Of a stretch of DNA of 64,000 nt, positions 45,102-56,364 are shown piece by piece. This DNA is from Escherichia coli (GTDB lineage Bacteria > Pseudomonadota > Gammaproteobacteria > Enterobacterales > Enterobacteriaceae). The translations under genes and the position numbers were made by a program. The stretch is from NCBI RefSeq assembly GCF_016903815.1, contig NZ_CP069973.1; one strand, 5' to 3'. The first letter of the stretch is position 1. Each line of letters opens with the position of its first letter. The notes beneath the pieces were generated by a model. The model had not been told where the DNA came from. It made no database searches and worked only from the letters and a program-made list of their open reading frames with translations.

Positions 45102-46121
45102 TTACCTGAAAGCAACAGTAGCCATAGCTAACGTCGTGTCGAGCATTCGGTTAGCAAAGCCCCATTCGTTATCGCACCAGACCAACGTTTTGATCAGGTG
45201 TGCGCCACTGACCCGGGTTTGGGTGCCATCGACAATGGCACTGTGCGGATCGTGGTTAAAATCTACAGAGACCAACGGCAATTCCGTATAGTCAACTATA
45301 CCATGAAATGCACCTTGTGCTGCTTTTTGCAGCAACAGGTTGACTTCATTGGCTTTTACAGGTTTCTTCACCGTCACGCTTAAATCGATTGCCGTCACAT
45401 TTATGGTTGGCACACGTACCGCAATCGCTTCAAAGCGATCGTTAAATTGCGGAAAAAATCGTGTGATACCGGCGGCCAGTTTAGTATCGACCGGAATGAT
45501 CGACTGGCTGGCTGCCCGGGTGCGACGCAGGTCAGGATGGTATGCATCAATAACCTGTTGATCGTGCATGGCGGAGTGAATTGTGGTCACAGTGCCGGAC
45601 TCAATACCGTACGCATCATCTAACAATTTGATGACGGGAATTATGCAATTCGTGGTACAGGAAGCGTTAGAAACGATGCGGTGTTCCGCACCAAGTTGAT
45701 CCTGATTGACGCCGTAAACAACGGTCGCGTCGAGATCGTTACTGCCAGGATGTGAAAAGAGCACTTTTTTGGCCCCGGCGGCAATATGCGCTTCGCCATG
45801 CTCGCGGGAGCCATATACGCCGGTGCAGTCGAGGACTACATCAACGCCAAGTTCACGCCAGGGGAGCGATTGCAGTGAACGTTCATGCAATACGCGGATG
45901 GCGTCATCACCAACAAAAAGTTGATCGCGTTCCTGTCGTACTTCCCATGCAAAACGGCCATGGCTGGTGTCATATTTCAACAAATGCGCCATGCCCGCAG
46001 CATCCGCCAGTTCGTTGATTGCCACCACGGTAATTTCCGCCCGGCGTCCGGATTCATACAAAGCACGAACCACATTACGCCCGATGCGACCGAAGCCATT
46101 TATCGCTACGCGTACGGTCAT
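45102..46121 (-). CDS. epd: D-erythrose-4-phosphate dehydrogenase; start at [15 protein letters not shown]
   Basis: 339-aa GAPDH-family protein; catalytic SNASCTTNC. Confidence 0.94.
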
Positions 46122-46405
46122 AGATCTCCTGCAAGGTTTTCCCTGAGCAAATTTGCCAGACAGAGTAATCCAGCAAATCGTCCGGGGAAACCTTACCTGT
46201 CGCAAACTGCGACTGATTGGTTAATTGTCGAACATTTAATCGACTGAAACGCTTCAGCTAGGATAAGCGAAACGTGGAATAAAAGGAATGTTTGTCCAGC
46301 CGAAGAAGACATTTATCTGACTCACATCACACTTTTATCCCCTTTTGTGGGAAGCTTTATTCCAGGCTGGCGTAATAATAACCCTACAATAACTGGAATA
46401 AATTG

Positions 46406-47119
46406 TCAGCTTGTGAAGTGATACCGGCCTTCTTCAGTCATCTCTACTATCAGATTGGCCTGACGGCTATTCATCAGCACACGCTCGACATTGGGGCCAT
46501 CGGTGCGGGCATAAAATGCTTCGGCTACTTGCCGCGTTAATCCTCCCGCAATTTTACGACTAATCAAGCGCTCCCGCAGAATTTGAGCAGGTGCATGAAT
46601 AAAAATAGAAAAATCGCAGAAAGATGCCAACTCCAGCCACTTTTCATCATCCAGTAACAACCAGTTTCCTTCGACGATGACGAGTGGTGCGGTAACGTGC
46701 AACGCATCTTCAACAGGATCATGCTTTTGTCGATCGTACTGCGGCCACGTACAATCCCCTTCCACGACCTGGCGCAGATTTTCCGTCAGTTTCGCAACGT
46801 CAAATGTCTCTGGTGCGCCTTTGAAGGGGCGCAATTGATGCGCATCCAGCCAGCTATTGTAATGGTGAAAACCATCCATCGGGAGCGTCTGAATAGCGGG
46901 CAGTTCCGGGTCTTGTTGCGCGAGATATTCCCAGAAGGTGGTTAGGGTTGATTTACCCGTCCCCGGCGGAGCGCAAAGAAAAACCACCGTACGCCGCTGC
47001 GGATTTACCGTCTGTAAGGCCGCCAACATGTGCAGCAACGGTTTATGTACATTTTCAATCTCTTCGTTCTGGTACTGTGCCTGTATCTTCAGCCCATTCA
47101 CCGTTAATTCAATTTTCAC
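46406..47119 (-). CDS. yggC: P-loop kinase-like protein YggC
   Basis: 237-aa ORF; Walker A CAPPGTGKST. Confidence 0.85.
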   Translation of the reverse strand: MKIELTVNGLKIQAQYQNEEIENVHKPLLHMLAALQTVNPQRRTVVFLCAPPGTGKSTLTTFWEYLAQQDPELPAIQTLPMDGFHHYNSWLDAHQLRPFKGAPETFDVAKLTENLRQVVEGDCTWPQYDRQKHDPVEDALHVTAPLVIVEGNWLLLDDEKWLELASFCDFSIFIHAPAQILRERLISRKIAGGLTRQVAEAFYARTDGPNVERVLMNSRQANLIVEMTEEGRYHFTS

Positions 47120-47625
47120 GGCGTTAATTCCTTTAAGGTGGTCGTTACTGCCAGCGTCAGCGCCGTTTTGACCATTCCGCTAAAACGCGCCTCTGACCAG
47201 ACGGCGAAATCGGCGAACTTCATCGCTTTCAACGCGTCATAGAGCGTCGCATTGCAGGTTATGCTATTGACGTTGCTGATAAAATCCCAGGTCATGTCAT
47301 CGGCAAATCCGGGCGTTTCATCCTGTTCGTTCAGGTAATGCCAGAACTGGGAAAAATGCGTGATATCGGCGTACAACCATTTATCCATTTTCCCCAACGC
47401 ATAAATCAAACGCAGTGCAACATCAATATCGTCAAGCGGGCCGCTTTGGGCGAGTAACGGCTTCACTGCATATTCCACGATCTCTTCATCGTTATCGACA
47501 AACAGCGACGGCAGAAACTGGCGTATCCCCTGGAGCAAAATGGTATGCGCAGTTTTCATAAATGAAAATAAATTGTCCTGTGCATCCAGTTGCTCAAGCA
47601 CATCATCTTCTGTCAGCGTCGCCAT
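47116..47625 (-). CDS. yggD: MtlR-like protein YggD
   Basis: 169-aa ORF MATLTEDDVLEQLDAQDNLFSFMKTAHTILLQG...; 4-nt overlap with yggC. Confidence 0.85.
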   Translation of the reverse strand: MATLTEDDVLEQLDAQDNLFSFMKTAHTILLQGIRQFLPSLFVDNDEEIVEYAVKPLLAQSGPLDDIDVALRLIYALGKMDKWLYADITHFSQFWHYLNEQDETPGFADDMTWDFISNVNSITCNATLYDALKAMKFADFAVWSEARFSGMVKTALTLAVTTTLKELTP

Positions 47626-47646
47626 TGGTCTTCCGATAGATCACCA

Positions 47647-48612
47647 TCAATGCAGGGAGTCTATTATATTACACGTTTGGTCCGCGCCGCCGATCAGTAA
47701 TGTCTGCGTCCGCACCCCATTCGCCGTCTGTTGGATACCGTTCACCAGCTCACCGCCCGTCACGCCCGTAGCGCTAAAGAGGATATCGTTCCCCCTCACC
47801 AGTTCATCGAGCGAGTACACACGGTTAACGTCAACGCCCATTGCCTTGCAACGCTTGCGCTCCTGCTCTGCAATCTGCCGATTTTCCGTGTAATCCCCTT
47901 TAGCCTGGCAAAAGTCAATCAGCTCGGCCTGCATATCCCCGCCTAATGCTTTAACGGCACAGGCAGAAATCACGCCTTCTGGCGCACCGCCGATGGTGTA
48001 CATCACATCGTAAGGATTATCCTGCCAGCAGGTCAGCACGCTGGCGGCGACATCGCCATCCGGCAGGGCAAAAACCTTCACGCCCAGCTGTGTTGCTTCC
48101 TCAATCGCGGCACTCAGGCGCGGTTTATCCAGCGTAACCATGCGCAGCTTATCCAGCGGTTTGCCTAACGCTTTCGCCACGTTGCGCAGGTTGTCCGTCA
48201 GAGGCAAAGACAGATCAATCGCGCCCGCCGCCAGCCGATTAACAACCAGCTTTTTCATATACATATCGGGCGCATGTAACAGGCTATCTCGAGGGGCGAA
48301 AGCCATGACCGCCAGCGCATTGCTCTGCCCCATCGCCACCATCCGCGTGCCTTCAATGGGATCAACCGCGATATCGACTTCTGGCCCATCGCCTTTGCCC
48401 ACCTCTTCGCCAATCCACAGCATCGGCGCATGGTCAATTTCTCCTTCGCCGATAACCACTCGTCCACGAAAAGCGACGTCGTTTAATGCCTGGCGCATCG
48501 CGGTGACCGCCAGGCCATCAATTTTATTTTTGTCGCCACATCCGGTTTGCGGCCAGGCAGCCAACGCTGCCTGTTCCGTAACGCGAAATAATGGCCACGC
48601 CAGGGACATCAT
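47647..48612 (-). CDS. yggF: Class II (GlpX-like) fructose-1,6-bisphosphatase YggF
   Basis: 321-aa ORF with GlpX-family motifs (DPIEGT). Confidence 0.88.
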   Translation of the reverse strand: MMSLAWPLFRVTEQAALAAWPQTGCGDKNKIDGLAVTAMRQALNDVAFRGRVVIGEGEIDHAPMLWIGEEVGKGDGPEVDIAVDPIEGTRMVAMGQSNALAVMAFAPRDSLLHAPDMYMKKLVVNRLAAGAIDLSLPLTDNLRNVAKALGKPLDKLRMVTLDKPRLSAAIEEATQLGVKVFALPDGDVAASVLTCWQDNPYDVMYTIGGAPEGVISACAVKALGGDMQAELIDFCQAKGDYTENRQIAEQERKRCKAMGVDVNRVYSLDELVRGNDILFSATGVTGGELVNGIQQTANGVRTQTLLIGGADQTCNIIDSLH

Positions 48613-49886
48613 TGCGCGGCCTCCCCGATATCAACGCCAAATTGTGCCAGCAGATATTTCTCGGCCTGTTCATTCCAGATGCCGTGCGTTTCCTCAACCA
48701 GCCGCGCCAACTCTTTAAACAGCGGATCGGTTTTGCCTTTTTCGGCAAAATCGGCAATGGCAGTGAGCGGCATGGTCACGCCGTTATAAATGAGTTTTTT
48801 ACCGCCAGGGATATCCGGCAGATTGAGCACGGTTTCTGGCACCGCATCCAGGCCACCGATATGGGTCACCATAAACGACGGCTGTAACTGCCCAGTGGCG
48901 CTAAGGGCAATCGCCTCTTTCATGTCGTCCGTTGAACCGCCAGATGTACCGACGACGTGCGTGCTGTTGTAATGGACGTTGTAGAAATTAAACGGCACTT
49001 TGAAGTTTTTATCCGTCGGCCCGGCAAAGAAGTTCAGACAGCCATCTTCCGCCAGTAATTCATCAGCCATCTCAACGACAGCAGGCACCGCCGCATAAAC
49101 AAAAATGTCATCGAACCCGGCATCTCCTGTCAGCGCCCGCAGCATCTGGACAGGATCGCTCATCCCTTTGGTATTCACATACACCAGCTCAATGCCTTTA
49201 CTGGCCGCCAGTTCCACCGGCAGCAGCTTCTGTACCTGCGCCAGACGTTTGTCGTCGATATCGACCACCACCACCCGCGACGGTTGTATGCCGCCGTTAA
49301 TGGCGTAATCGATAGCGCCAATGCCCATCGGACCTGCACACGCCAGCAGTGCAATATTGCCGCCAGGTTTGACGCCCATGCGATGCTCATAAACATATTG
49401 CGTGGTGTGATAATTGGCATGATAAGCACCAATAATGCAGCACATAGGCTCTGCCAGCGACGCCGCAGCAAAATAAGAGCCGTGATACGGTAATACGCAG
49501 CCCAAATTAATGGCGATTTCGGGAATAATCATATAAGTGGCATTGCCGCCAAAATATTCGTAGCTGTAGCCCGCTGAATATCCGCTTGGTAACCCCATCG
49601 CCGGTTGCAATACAAAACGCTGGCCTTTTTTATATTTGCCAGTGAGATTTTTACCCACTTCGACAATAACCCCGGCACATTCATGCCCGGTAATGACCGG
49701 ATGATTTTCTAAATCGTCGGGTACGCGTTTATGTTCACTACCGAGTAACGCCGCTTTCCAGGTCGATAAACAGACGCTGTCAGAAATTACACTCACCAGT
49801 AATTCATTATCGGTAATTTCTGGCAGTTCAAATACGCGCAGACGGACATCCCGCTTGCCATAAATAGCAGCAACTTTGGTTTTCAT
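48609..49886 (-). CDS. yggP: Zn-dependent medium-chain dehydrogenase YggP (putative sugar-phosphate dehydrogenase)
   Basis: 425-aa ORF; MDR-family Zn-binding region (GHECAG), Rossmann motif; 4-nt overlap with yggF. Confidence 0.85.
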   Translation of the reverse strand: MKTKVAAIYGKRDVRLRVFELPEITDNELLVSVISDSVCLSTWKAALLGSEHKRVPDDLENHPVITGHECAGVIVEVGKNLTGKYKKGQRFVLQPAMGLPSGYSAGYSYEYFGGNATYMIIPEIAINLGCVLPYHGSYFAAASLAEPMCCIIGAYHANYHTTQYVYEHRMGVKPGGNIALLACAGPMGIGAIDYAINGGIQPSRVVVVDIDDKRLAQVQKLLPVELAASKGIELVYVNTKGMSDPVQMLRALTGDAGFDDIFVYAAVPAVVEMADELLAEDGCLNFFAGPTDKNFKVPFNFYNVHYNSTHVVGTSGGSTDDMKEAIALSATGQLQPSFMVTHIGGLDAVPETVLNLPDIPGGKKLIYNGVTMPLTAIADFAEKGKTDPLFKELARLVEETHGIWNEQAEKYLLAQFGVDIGEAAQ

Positions 49887-49900
49887 TTTTACCTCTGTAA

Positions 49901-51289
49901 TCAGTGTTTATGTTCGGCGGTTAATTGATTAAATAAAGTGTCGAGTTTTGGATCGCCAATATAGTTATTAATCAATATCAGTGGTTTATCCGTCACACGT
50001 TTCACGCGCCCTTCCAGACTGGCATGAGTAACGACGATATCCGCATCCGCAGGCACGTTTTCTATGGCGTAATGTTTTACTTCAATTGCCAGCCCCGCTT
50101 TTTCCAGGCGTTTACGGAAGGTGGTCGCGCCCATCGCACTGGAGCCCATCCCCGCATCGCAAACAAAGGCGATACGCTTAACCCTGCTTAACGAGAATGC
50201 ACCCTCTTGTTTCATCGCCTTAACCGCATTGGCTGACTGAGCAAACTCATCTTCGCTCTCCGTTTCCACCGTTTTTTCCATCTTCAGTATCAGCGAAGTA
50301 ATAGCAAAGGACACCAGGGTACCTACCGTAACACCGGCAATTGTCGCCAGGAACGAGCCTTTCGGCGTCAGTGCCAGGTAAGCAAAGATAGACCCCGGAC
50401 TTGGGCCAGCCACCAGACCACCGTCCAGTAAGTTAAACATCCAGGTGCCAGACATACCGCCCGCAATCATGGCAATAATGGTCAGCGGCTTCATCAGCAC
50501 ATACGGGAAATACAGTTCGTGGATCCCACCGAGGAAGTGAATAATCATCGCCCCGGGCGCAGAACGTTTACTCATCCCTTTACCAAACAAGGTAAACGCC
50601 AGCAGCAGCCCCAGGCCCGGACCTGGGTTAGAGGCCACCATAAAGAAGATGGATTTACCGTTAACCGAAGCCTGTTGCATTCCCAGCGGATAATAGACGC
50701 CCTGATCGATCGCATTATTGAGGAAAAGCACTTTCGCCGGTTCATTGATGACTGACAACAATGGCAGATAACCCGCATGTACCAGCGCCTCAATACACTC
50801 TTTGACGAAAGTATTGGCAATTAACACCGCCGGGCCGATCACTTCAAAACCCAGCAGACAAAGGAGCATCCCCGCGATACCTAATGAGAAGTTATTGATA
50901 ACCATCTCAAAACCAGCAGGTATGCGTTTTTCCAGTGCCTTATCAACATATTTTATGACCAGCCCACCGAGCGGCCCCATAATCATTGAGCCAAGGAACA
51001 TCGGGATCTCTGCGCCGACGATCACACCAATAGTACCTATTCCGCCCATGACCGCGCCGCGTTTACCGCCGACCAGATGACCACCGGTAGAACCAATCAT
51101 CACGGGCAATAAATAGGTAATCATCGGGCCGACAATTTTGGCGAAATGTTCGTTAGGCAGCCAACCGGTGGGAATAAATAACGCAGTAATAAAACCCCAG
51201 GCAATAAAAGCACCAATATTGGGGATGACCATTGCAGTCAAAAAGCCCCCAAAAGCCAGGACCTTTGCACGAGCAGACTTGTTTTCCAT
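49901..51289 (-). CDS. cmtA: PTS mannitol-family EIICB component CmtA (cryptic)
   Basis: 462-aa polytopic membrane ORF with C-terminal EIIB domain containing conserved Cys (VCDAGMGSS). Confidence 0.9.
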   Translation of the reverse strand: MENKSARAKVLAFGGFLTAMVIPNIGAFIAWGFITALFIPTGWLPNEHFAKIVGPMITYLLPVMIGSTGGHLVGGKRGAVMGGIGTIGVIVGAEIPMFLGSMIMGPLGGLVIKYVDKALEKRIPAGFEMVINNFSLGIAGMLLCLLGFEVIGPAVLIANTFVKECIEALVHAGYLPLLSVINEPAKVLFLNNAIDQGVYYPLGMQQASVNGKSIFFMVASNPGPGLGLLLAFTLFGKGMSKRSAPGAMIIHFLGGIHELYFPYVLMKPLTIIAMIAGGMSGTWMFNLLDGGLVAGPSPGSIFAYLALTPKGSFLATIAGVTVGTLVSFAITSLILKMEKTVETESEDEFAQSANAVKAMKQEGAFSLSRVKRIAFVCDAGMGSSAMGATTFRKRLEKAGLAIEVKHYAIENVPADADIVVTHASLEGRVKRVTDKPLILINNYIGDPKLDTLFNQLTAEHKH

Positions 51290-51316
51290 AATATTATCCT
51301 GTAGAGGAGAGAGTAA

Positions 51317-51760
51317 TTATCCGCGGCTGATAATGTCCGCTAATTGTTTTTCTGATGATGCTGTTAAGAGTTGTTCGAGTATTTCTTCTTCGCACAGTAA
51401 TTCACTTAACGCCTGAATAGCGCCAATGTGCGAATCGGCATCGGCAGCAGAGAGTCCGATGAGTAATTTAATTGGTTCGTCATTCCCCGGAAAATAAACA
51501 CCTTGTTCAAGTAATGTCAAAGACATCCCGGTTTTAAGCGCCCCACATTCCGGTCGCGCATGAGGCATTGCCACGCCTGGTGCGAGAATATAATAAGGGC
51601 CATTGTTAATGGTGGAATCTTTAATTGCCTGAATGTAATTCTCGCTGATATAGTTTTTATCCAGCAATGATACCATCGAGAAATCGATAGCTTCCTGCCA
51701 ATCTTTTGCTGAATGTATAACTGAGATTGATGATTCTGGAAAATAATCACTAAGCCGCAT
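51317..51760 (-). CDS. cmtB: PTS mannitol-family EIIA component CmtB (cryptic)
   Basis: 147-aa ORF with EIIA-Mtl phospho-His region (GVAMPHARP). Confidence 0.9.
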   Translation of the reverse strand: MRLSDYFPESSISVIHSAKDWQEAIDFSMVSLLDKNYISENYIQAIKDSTINNGPYYILAPGVAMPHARPECGALKTGMSLTLLEQGVYFPGNDEPIKLLIGLSAADADSHIGAIQALSELLCEEEILEQLLTASSEKQLADIISRG

Positions 51761-52032
51761 AAATTATCCTTATTTTATTTTTAGGGTACCGTCCGGCGGT
51801 AAAAATAAAATACTCGTGCGGTTTAATGAAAGCAATTGAGCAGGGAAACCGGTGTTTTGAAAACAGTTAATTATTAATTTCTTATATAACATTGAGTTAT
51901 AGTTATAACAACAAATGTCAATACGCATATCGTGATGCATATTACATAATTGATATTTATTGCATATAAATATTTGTGATCTACAACACGCTTTATCTAT
52001 TGCTTGTCCGCAAACGGACATATCAAGGTAAT

Positions 52033-52060
52033 AAAAAAGGTCGCCGAAGCGACCTTTTTA
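52033..52060 (-). terminator. Intrinsic terminator of tktA
   Basis: Minus strand reads hairpin GGTCGCTTCGGCGACC followed by TTTTTTAT. Confidence 0.75.
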
Positions 52061-52073
52061 CCCGAAATGCTAA

Positions 52074-54065
52074 TTACAGCAGTTCTTTTGCTTTCGCAAC
52101 AACGTTATCAACAGTGAAGCCGAACTCTTCAAACAGCAGCTCTGCCGGAGCAGATTCACCGAAGGTGGTCATACCGACGATAGCACCGTTCAGGCCAACA
52201 TACTTGTACCAGTAGTCAGCAATACCCGCTTCTACAGCAACGCGTGCAGTAACCGCTTTCGGCAGTACGGATTCACGGTAAGCAGCATCCTGCTTGTCAA
52301 ATGCGTCGGTAGACGGCATGGACACCACGCGCGCTTTCACGCCTTCGGCAGTCAGTTTTTCGTAGGCAGCAACAGCCAGTTCAACTTCTGAACCGGTAGC
52401 GATGAAAATCAGTTCCGGCTGACCGGCGCAGTCTTTCAGCACATAACCACCGCGCGCGATGTTTGCCAGTTGCTCTTCAGTTCGTTCCTGCTGCGCCAGG
52501 TTCTGACGGGAGAGGATAAGCGCAGTCGGGCCGTCCTGACGCTCAACGCCGTATTTCCACGCGACCGCGGATTCAACCTGGTCACACGGACGCCATGTAG
52601 ACATGTTCGGGGTCACGCGCAGAGAAGCGACCTGCTCAACCGGCTGGTGAGTCGGGCCATCTTCGCCCAGACCGATGGAGTCGTGGGTGTAAACCATCAC
52701 CTGACGCTGTTTCATCAGCGCAGCCATACGTACGGCGTTACGTGCGTATTCCACGAACATCAGGAAGGTGGAGGTGTACGGCAGGAAACCACCGTGCAGG
52801 GAGATACCGTTAGCAATCGCGGTCATACCGAACTCGCGAACACCGTAGTGGATGTAGTTACCTGCAGCATCTTCGTTGATTGCTTTAGAACCAGACCACA
52901 GGGTCAGGTTAGACGGTGCCAGGTCAGCAGAGCCGCCGAGGAATTCAGGCAACAGCGGGCCGAACGCTTCGATAGCATTCTGCGACGCTTTACGGCTGGC
53001 GATTTTCGCCGGATTAGCCTGCAGTTTAGCGATAAACTCTTTCGCTTTGGCGTCGAAGTCAGACGGCATTTCGCCTTTCATACGGCGGGTAAATTCAGCC
53101 GCTTCCTGCGGATAAGCTTTCGCGTAAGCCGCAAACTTCTCATTCCATGCAGATTCTTTCGCCTGGCCTGCTTCTTTCGCATCCCACTGAGCATAGATTT
53201 CAGACGGGATTTCGAACGGCGCGTATTTCCAGCCCAGCTGTTCGCGGGTCAGGGCAATTTCAGCGTCGCCCAGCGGCGCACCGTGGGAGTCGTGGGTACC
53301 GGCTTTGTTCGGGGAACCGAAACCGATGATGGTTTTGCACATCAGCAGGGACGGTTTGTCAGTCACTGCGCGCGCTTCTTCTACTGCGCGTTTGATGGAT
53401 GCCGCGTCATGACCGTCGATGTCGCGAATAACGTGCCAGCCGTAAGCTTCGAAACGCATTGCGGTGTCGTCAGTGAACCAGCCTTCAACGTGACCATCGA
53501 TTGAGATACCGTTGTCATCGTAGAACGCAATCAGTTTACCCAGCTTCAGCGTACCCGCCAGAGAGCAAACTTCGTGGGAGATGCCTTCCATCATGCAGCC
53601 GTCGCCCATGAAGGCGTAGGTGTAGTGGTCGACAATGTCGTGACCTGGACGGTTAAACTGCGCCGCCAGCGTTTTTTCTGCAATCGCCATACCGACTGCG
53701 TTGGCAATACCCTGACCCAGCGGACCGGTGGTGGTTTCCACACCAGCGGTATAACCTACTTCCGGGTGGCCCGGAGTTTTAGAGTGCAGCTGACGGAAGT
53801 TTTTCAGTTCTTCCATCGGCAGATCGTAACCGGTGAGGTGCAGCAGGCTGTAGATCAGCATGGAGCCGTGGCCGTTGGACAGCACGAAGCGGTCACGGTC
53901 AGCCCAGGACGGATTCTGCGGGTTGTGTTTCAGGAAATCACGCCACAGGACTTCGGCAATGTCAGCCATACCCATAGGGGCACCCGGGTGACCGGATTTG
54001 GCTTTCTGTACTGCGTCCATGCTCAGCGCACGAATAGCATTGGCAAGCTCTTTACGTGAGGACAT
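52074..54065 (-). CDS. tktA: Transketolase 1; start at [12 protein letters not shown]
   Basis: 663-aa protein matching TktA; ThDP-binding motif. Confidence 0.96.
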   Translation of the reverse strand: MSSRKELANAIRALSMDAVQKAKSGHPGAPMGMADIAEVLWRDFLKHNPQNPSWADRDRFVLSNGHGSMLIYSLLHLTGYDLPMEELKNFRQLHSKTPGHPEVGYTAGVETTTGPLGQGIANAVGMAIAEKTLAAQFNRPGHDIVDHYTYAFMGDGCMMEGISHEVCSLAGTLKLGKLIAFYDDNGISIDGHVEGWFTDDTAMRFEAYGWHVIRDIDGHDAASIKRAVEEARAVTDKPSLLMCKTIIGFGSPNKAGTHDSHGAPLGDAEIALTREQLGWKYAPFEIPSEIYAQWDAKEAGQAKESAWNEKFAAYAKAYPQEAAEFTRRMKGEMPSDFDAKAKEFIAKLQANPAKIASRKASQNAIEAFGPLLPEFLGGSADLAPSNLTLWSGSKAINEDAAGNYIHYGVREFGMTAIANGISLHGGFLPYTSTFLMFVEYARNAVRMAALMKQRQVMVYTHDSIGLGEDGPTHQPVEQVASLRVTPNMSTWRPCDQVESAVAWKYGVERQDGPTALILSRQNLAQQERTEEQLANIARGGYVLKDCAGQPELIFIATGSEVELAVAAYEKLTAEGVKARVVSMPSTDAFDKQDAAYRESVLPKAVTARVAVEAGIADYWYKYVGLNGAIVGMTTFGESAPAELLFEEFGFTVDNVVAKAKELL

Positions 54066-54342
54066 TTTGACTCCAGATCGGATGATGAAGGGCACGCCCT
54101 TAACGACTTGACGACAGCGCGTTTTGGGCTACGCCGGAAAATTTGCCAACAATTTACCGCAAGCCGCGCGTCATGTACATGGAACATCCTTTTGCTGCTT
54201 CAGAAATCTCTGGATCATGCTCGCATGTTGCGCAATCTACTCGCCCGTCCGTTGCGCTTTTCCTTATACTGAGACTGAGCGTCGATTCACCTGCAAACGG
54301 CGCATTTTTAGAATAATCCTGACCTTGTGCGGAAGAGAAAAC

Positions 54343-55101
54343 ATGAAAATTCGCGCCTTATTGGTAGCAATGAGCGTGGCAACGGTACTGACCGGTTGCC
54401 AGAATATGGACTCCAACGGACTGCTCTCATCAGGAGCGGAAGCTTTTCAGGCTTACAGTTTGAGTGATGAGCAGGTGAAAACCCTGAGCGATCAGGCATG
54501 TCAGGAGATGGACAGCAAGGCGACGATTGCGCCAGCCAATAGCGAATACGCTAAACGTCTGACAACTATTGCCAATGCGCTAGGCAACAATATCAACGGT
54601 CAGCCGGTAAATTACAAAGTGTATATGGCGAAGGATGTGAACGCCTTTGCAATGGCTAACGGCTGTATCCGTGTCTATAGCGGGCTGATGGATATGATGA
54701 CGGATAACGAAGTCGAAGCGGTGATCGGTCACGAAATGGGGCACGTGGCATTAGGCCATGTGAAAAAAGGAATGCAGGTGGCACTTGGTACAAATGCCGT
54801 GCGAGTAGCTGCGGCCTCTGCGGGCGGGATTGTCGGCAGTTTATCTCAATCACAACTCGGTGATCTGGGCGAGAAATTAGTCAATTCGCAATTCTCCCAG
54901 CGCCAGGAAGCAGAAGCCGATGATTATTCTTACGATCTTCTGCGCCAACGCGGCATCAGCCCGGCAGGTCTTGCCACCAGCTTTGAAAAACTGGCAAAAC
55001 TGGAAGAAGGTCGCCAAAGCTCAATGTTTGACGACCATCCTGCATCCGCCGAACGCGCCCAGCATATTCGCGATCGTATGAGCGCAGATGGGATTAAGTA
55101 A
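54343..55101 (+). CDS. loiP: Outer-membrane M48-family metalloprotease lipoprotein LoiP (YggG); start at MKIRALLVAM
   Basis: 252-aa lipoprotein (LTGCQ lipobox), HEMGH zinc motif. Confidence 0.92.
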   Translation: MKIRALLVAMSVATVLTGCQNMDSNGLLSSGAEAFQAYSLSDEQVKTLSDQACQEMDSKATIAPANSEYAKRLTTIANALGNNINGQPVNYKVYMAKDVNAFAMANGCIRVYSGLMDMMTDNEVEAVIGHEMGHVALGHVKKGMQVALGTNAVRVAAASAGGIVGSLSQSQLGDLGEKLVNSQFSQRQEAEADDYSYDLLRQRGISPAGLATSFEKLAKLEEGRQSSMFDDHPASAERAQHIRDRMSADGIK

Positions 55102-55104
55102 AGC

Positions 55105-55300
<196 letters not shown>

Positions 55301-55306
55301 TGGTGC

Positions 55307-56227
55307 TTACTCGCCCTTTTTCGCCGCCTGAATATAGAGCATCTCCAGCGCCAGCGTCGCCGCAGCCAGAGCGGTGATTTCCGACTGATCGTATGCCGGA
55401 GCCACTTCCACTACGTCCATCCCAACGATGTTGAGATCTTTCAGGCCGCGTACCAGTTTAATGGCGCGATCGGAGGTCAGGCCGCCAATCACTGGCGTAC
55501 CGGTTCCCGGCGCGAAAGCAGGATCCAGGCAGTCGATATCAAAGGTCAGGTAAACCGGCATATCACCCACAATCTGTTTCACTTGGGCGATAACGTCATC
55601 CACGCTGCGATCGTTCACCTGGCAGGCGTCCAGCACGGTAAAACCGTTGTCTTTATCAAACTCGGTACGAATACCAATCTGCACGGAATGATTCGGGTCG
55701 ATCAGACCTTCTTTCGGCGCGGTATAGAACATGGTGCCGTGGTCAAATTCACAACCGTTCGCGTAGGTATCGGTGTGGGCGTCAAAGTGTACCAGCGCCA
55801 TTTTGCCGAAATGCTTCGCATGAGCACGCAGCAGCGGCAGCGTAACAAAGTGGTCACCACCGAAGGAGAGCATACGCTTACCGGCAGCCAGCAGCTTCTC
55901 GGCGTGCGCCTGCAGCTTCTCGCTCATCTCACGGGCATCGCCAAAGGCATATACCAGATCGCCGCAGTCCACGACGTTCAGACGCTCACGCATGTCGAAA
56001 TTCCACGGGAAGCGGTTGTGTTCCCAGGCCAGATTCGTCGAAACCTGACGGATCGCTGCCGGACCGTGGCGACCACCCGCACGGCCAGAGGTGGCCATGT
56101 CGAACGGCACGCCGGTGATCACCCAGTCGGCATCGCTGTCATACGGCTGGAAGTTCATCGGCAGGCGTAAAAAACCAAAGGCGTTGGAAACCAGTGAGTT
56201 ATCGTATTGATGACCTAAGGTGCTCAT
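55307..56227 (-). CDS. speB: Agmatinase (agmatine ureohydrolase)
   Basis: 306-aa [32 protein letters not shown]...; arginase-family Mn ligands ([14 protein letters not shown]). Confidence 0.95.
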   Translation of the reverse strand: MSTLGHQYDNSLVSNAFGFLRLPMNFQPYDSDADWVITGVPFDMATSGRAGGRHGPAAIRQVSTNLAWEHNRFPWNFDMRERLNVVDCGDLVYAFGDAREMSEKLQAHAEKLLAAGKRMLSFGGDHFVTLPLLRAHAKHFGKMALVHFDAHTDTYANGCEFDHGTMFYTAPKEGLIDPNHSVQIGIRTEFDKDNGFTVLDACQVNDRSVDDVIAQVKQIVGDMPVYLTFDIDCLDPAFAPGTGTPVIGGLTSDRAIKLVRGLKDLNIVGMDVVEVAPAYDQSEITALAAATLALEMLYIQAAKKGE

Positions 56228-56261
56228 GGATGGACTCCTATTACAAAGTCGATATAAAAAA

Positions 56262-56296
56262 ACCCTTCCGCGTCGTTAGGCCCGACGAGGAAGGGT
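56262..56296 (-). terminator. Intrinsic terminator after speA
   Basis: Minus strand reads hairpin ACCCTTCCTCGTCGGGCCTAACGACGCGGAAGGGT followed by TTTTTTTA. Confidence 0.7.
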
Positions 56297-56364
56297 TGGA
56301 TTTGTCACAATAAATTGTGGCGGATTATCACCGCTAAATTAAGCGGATTCAAGTAACACAGGAC

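Noticed and set aside
52470-53504. 344-aa plus-strand ORF
   Set aside because: Antisense to tktA; Arg/Phe-rich composition, no domain signature.
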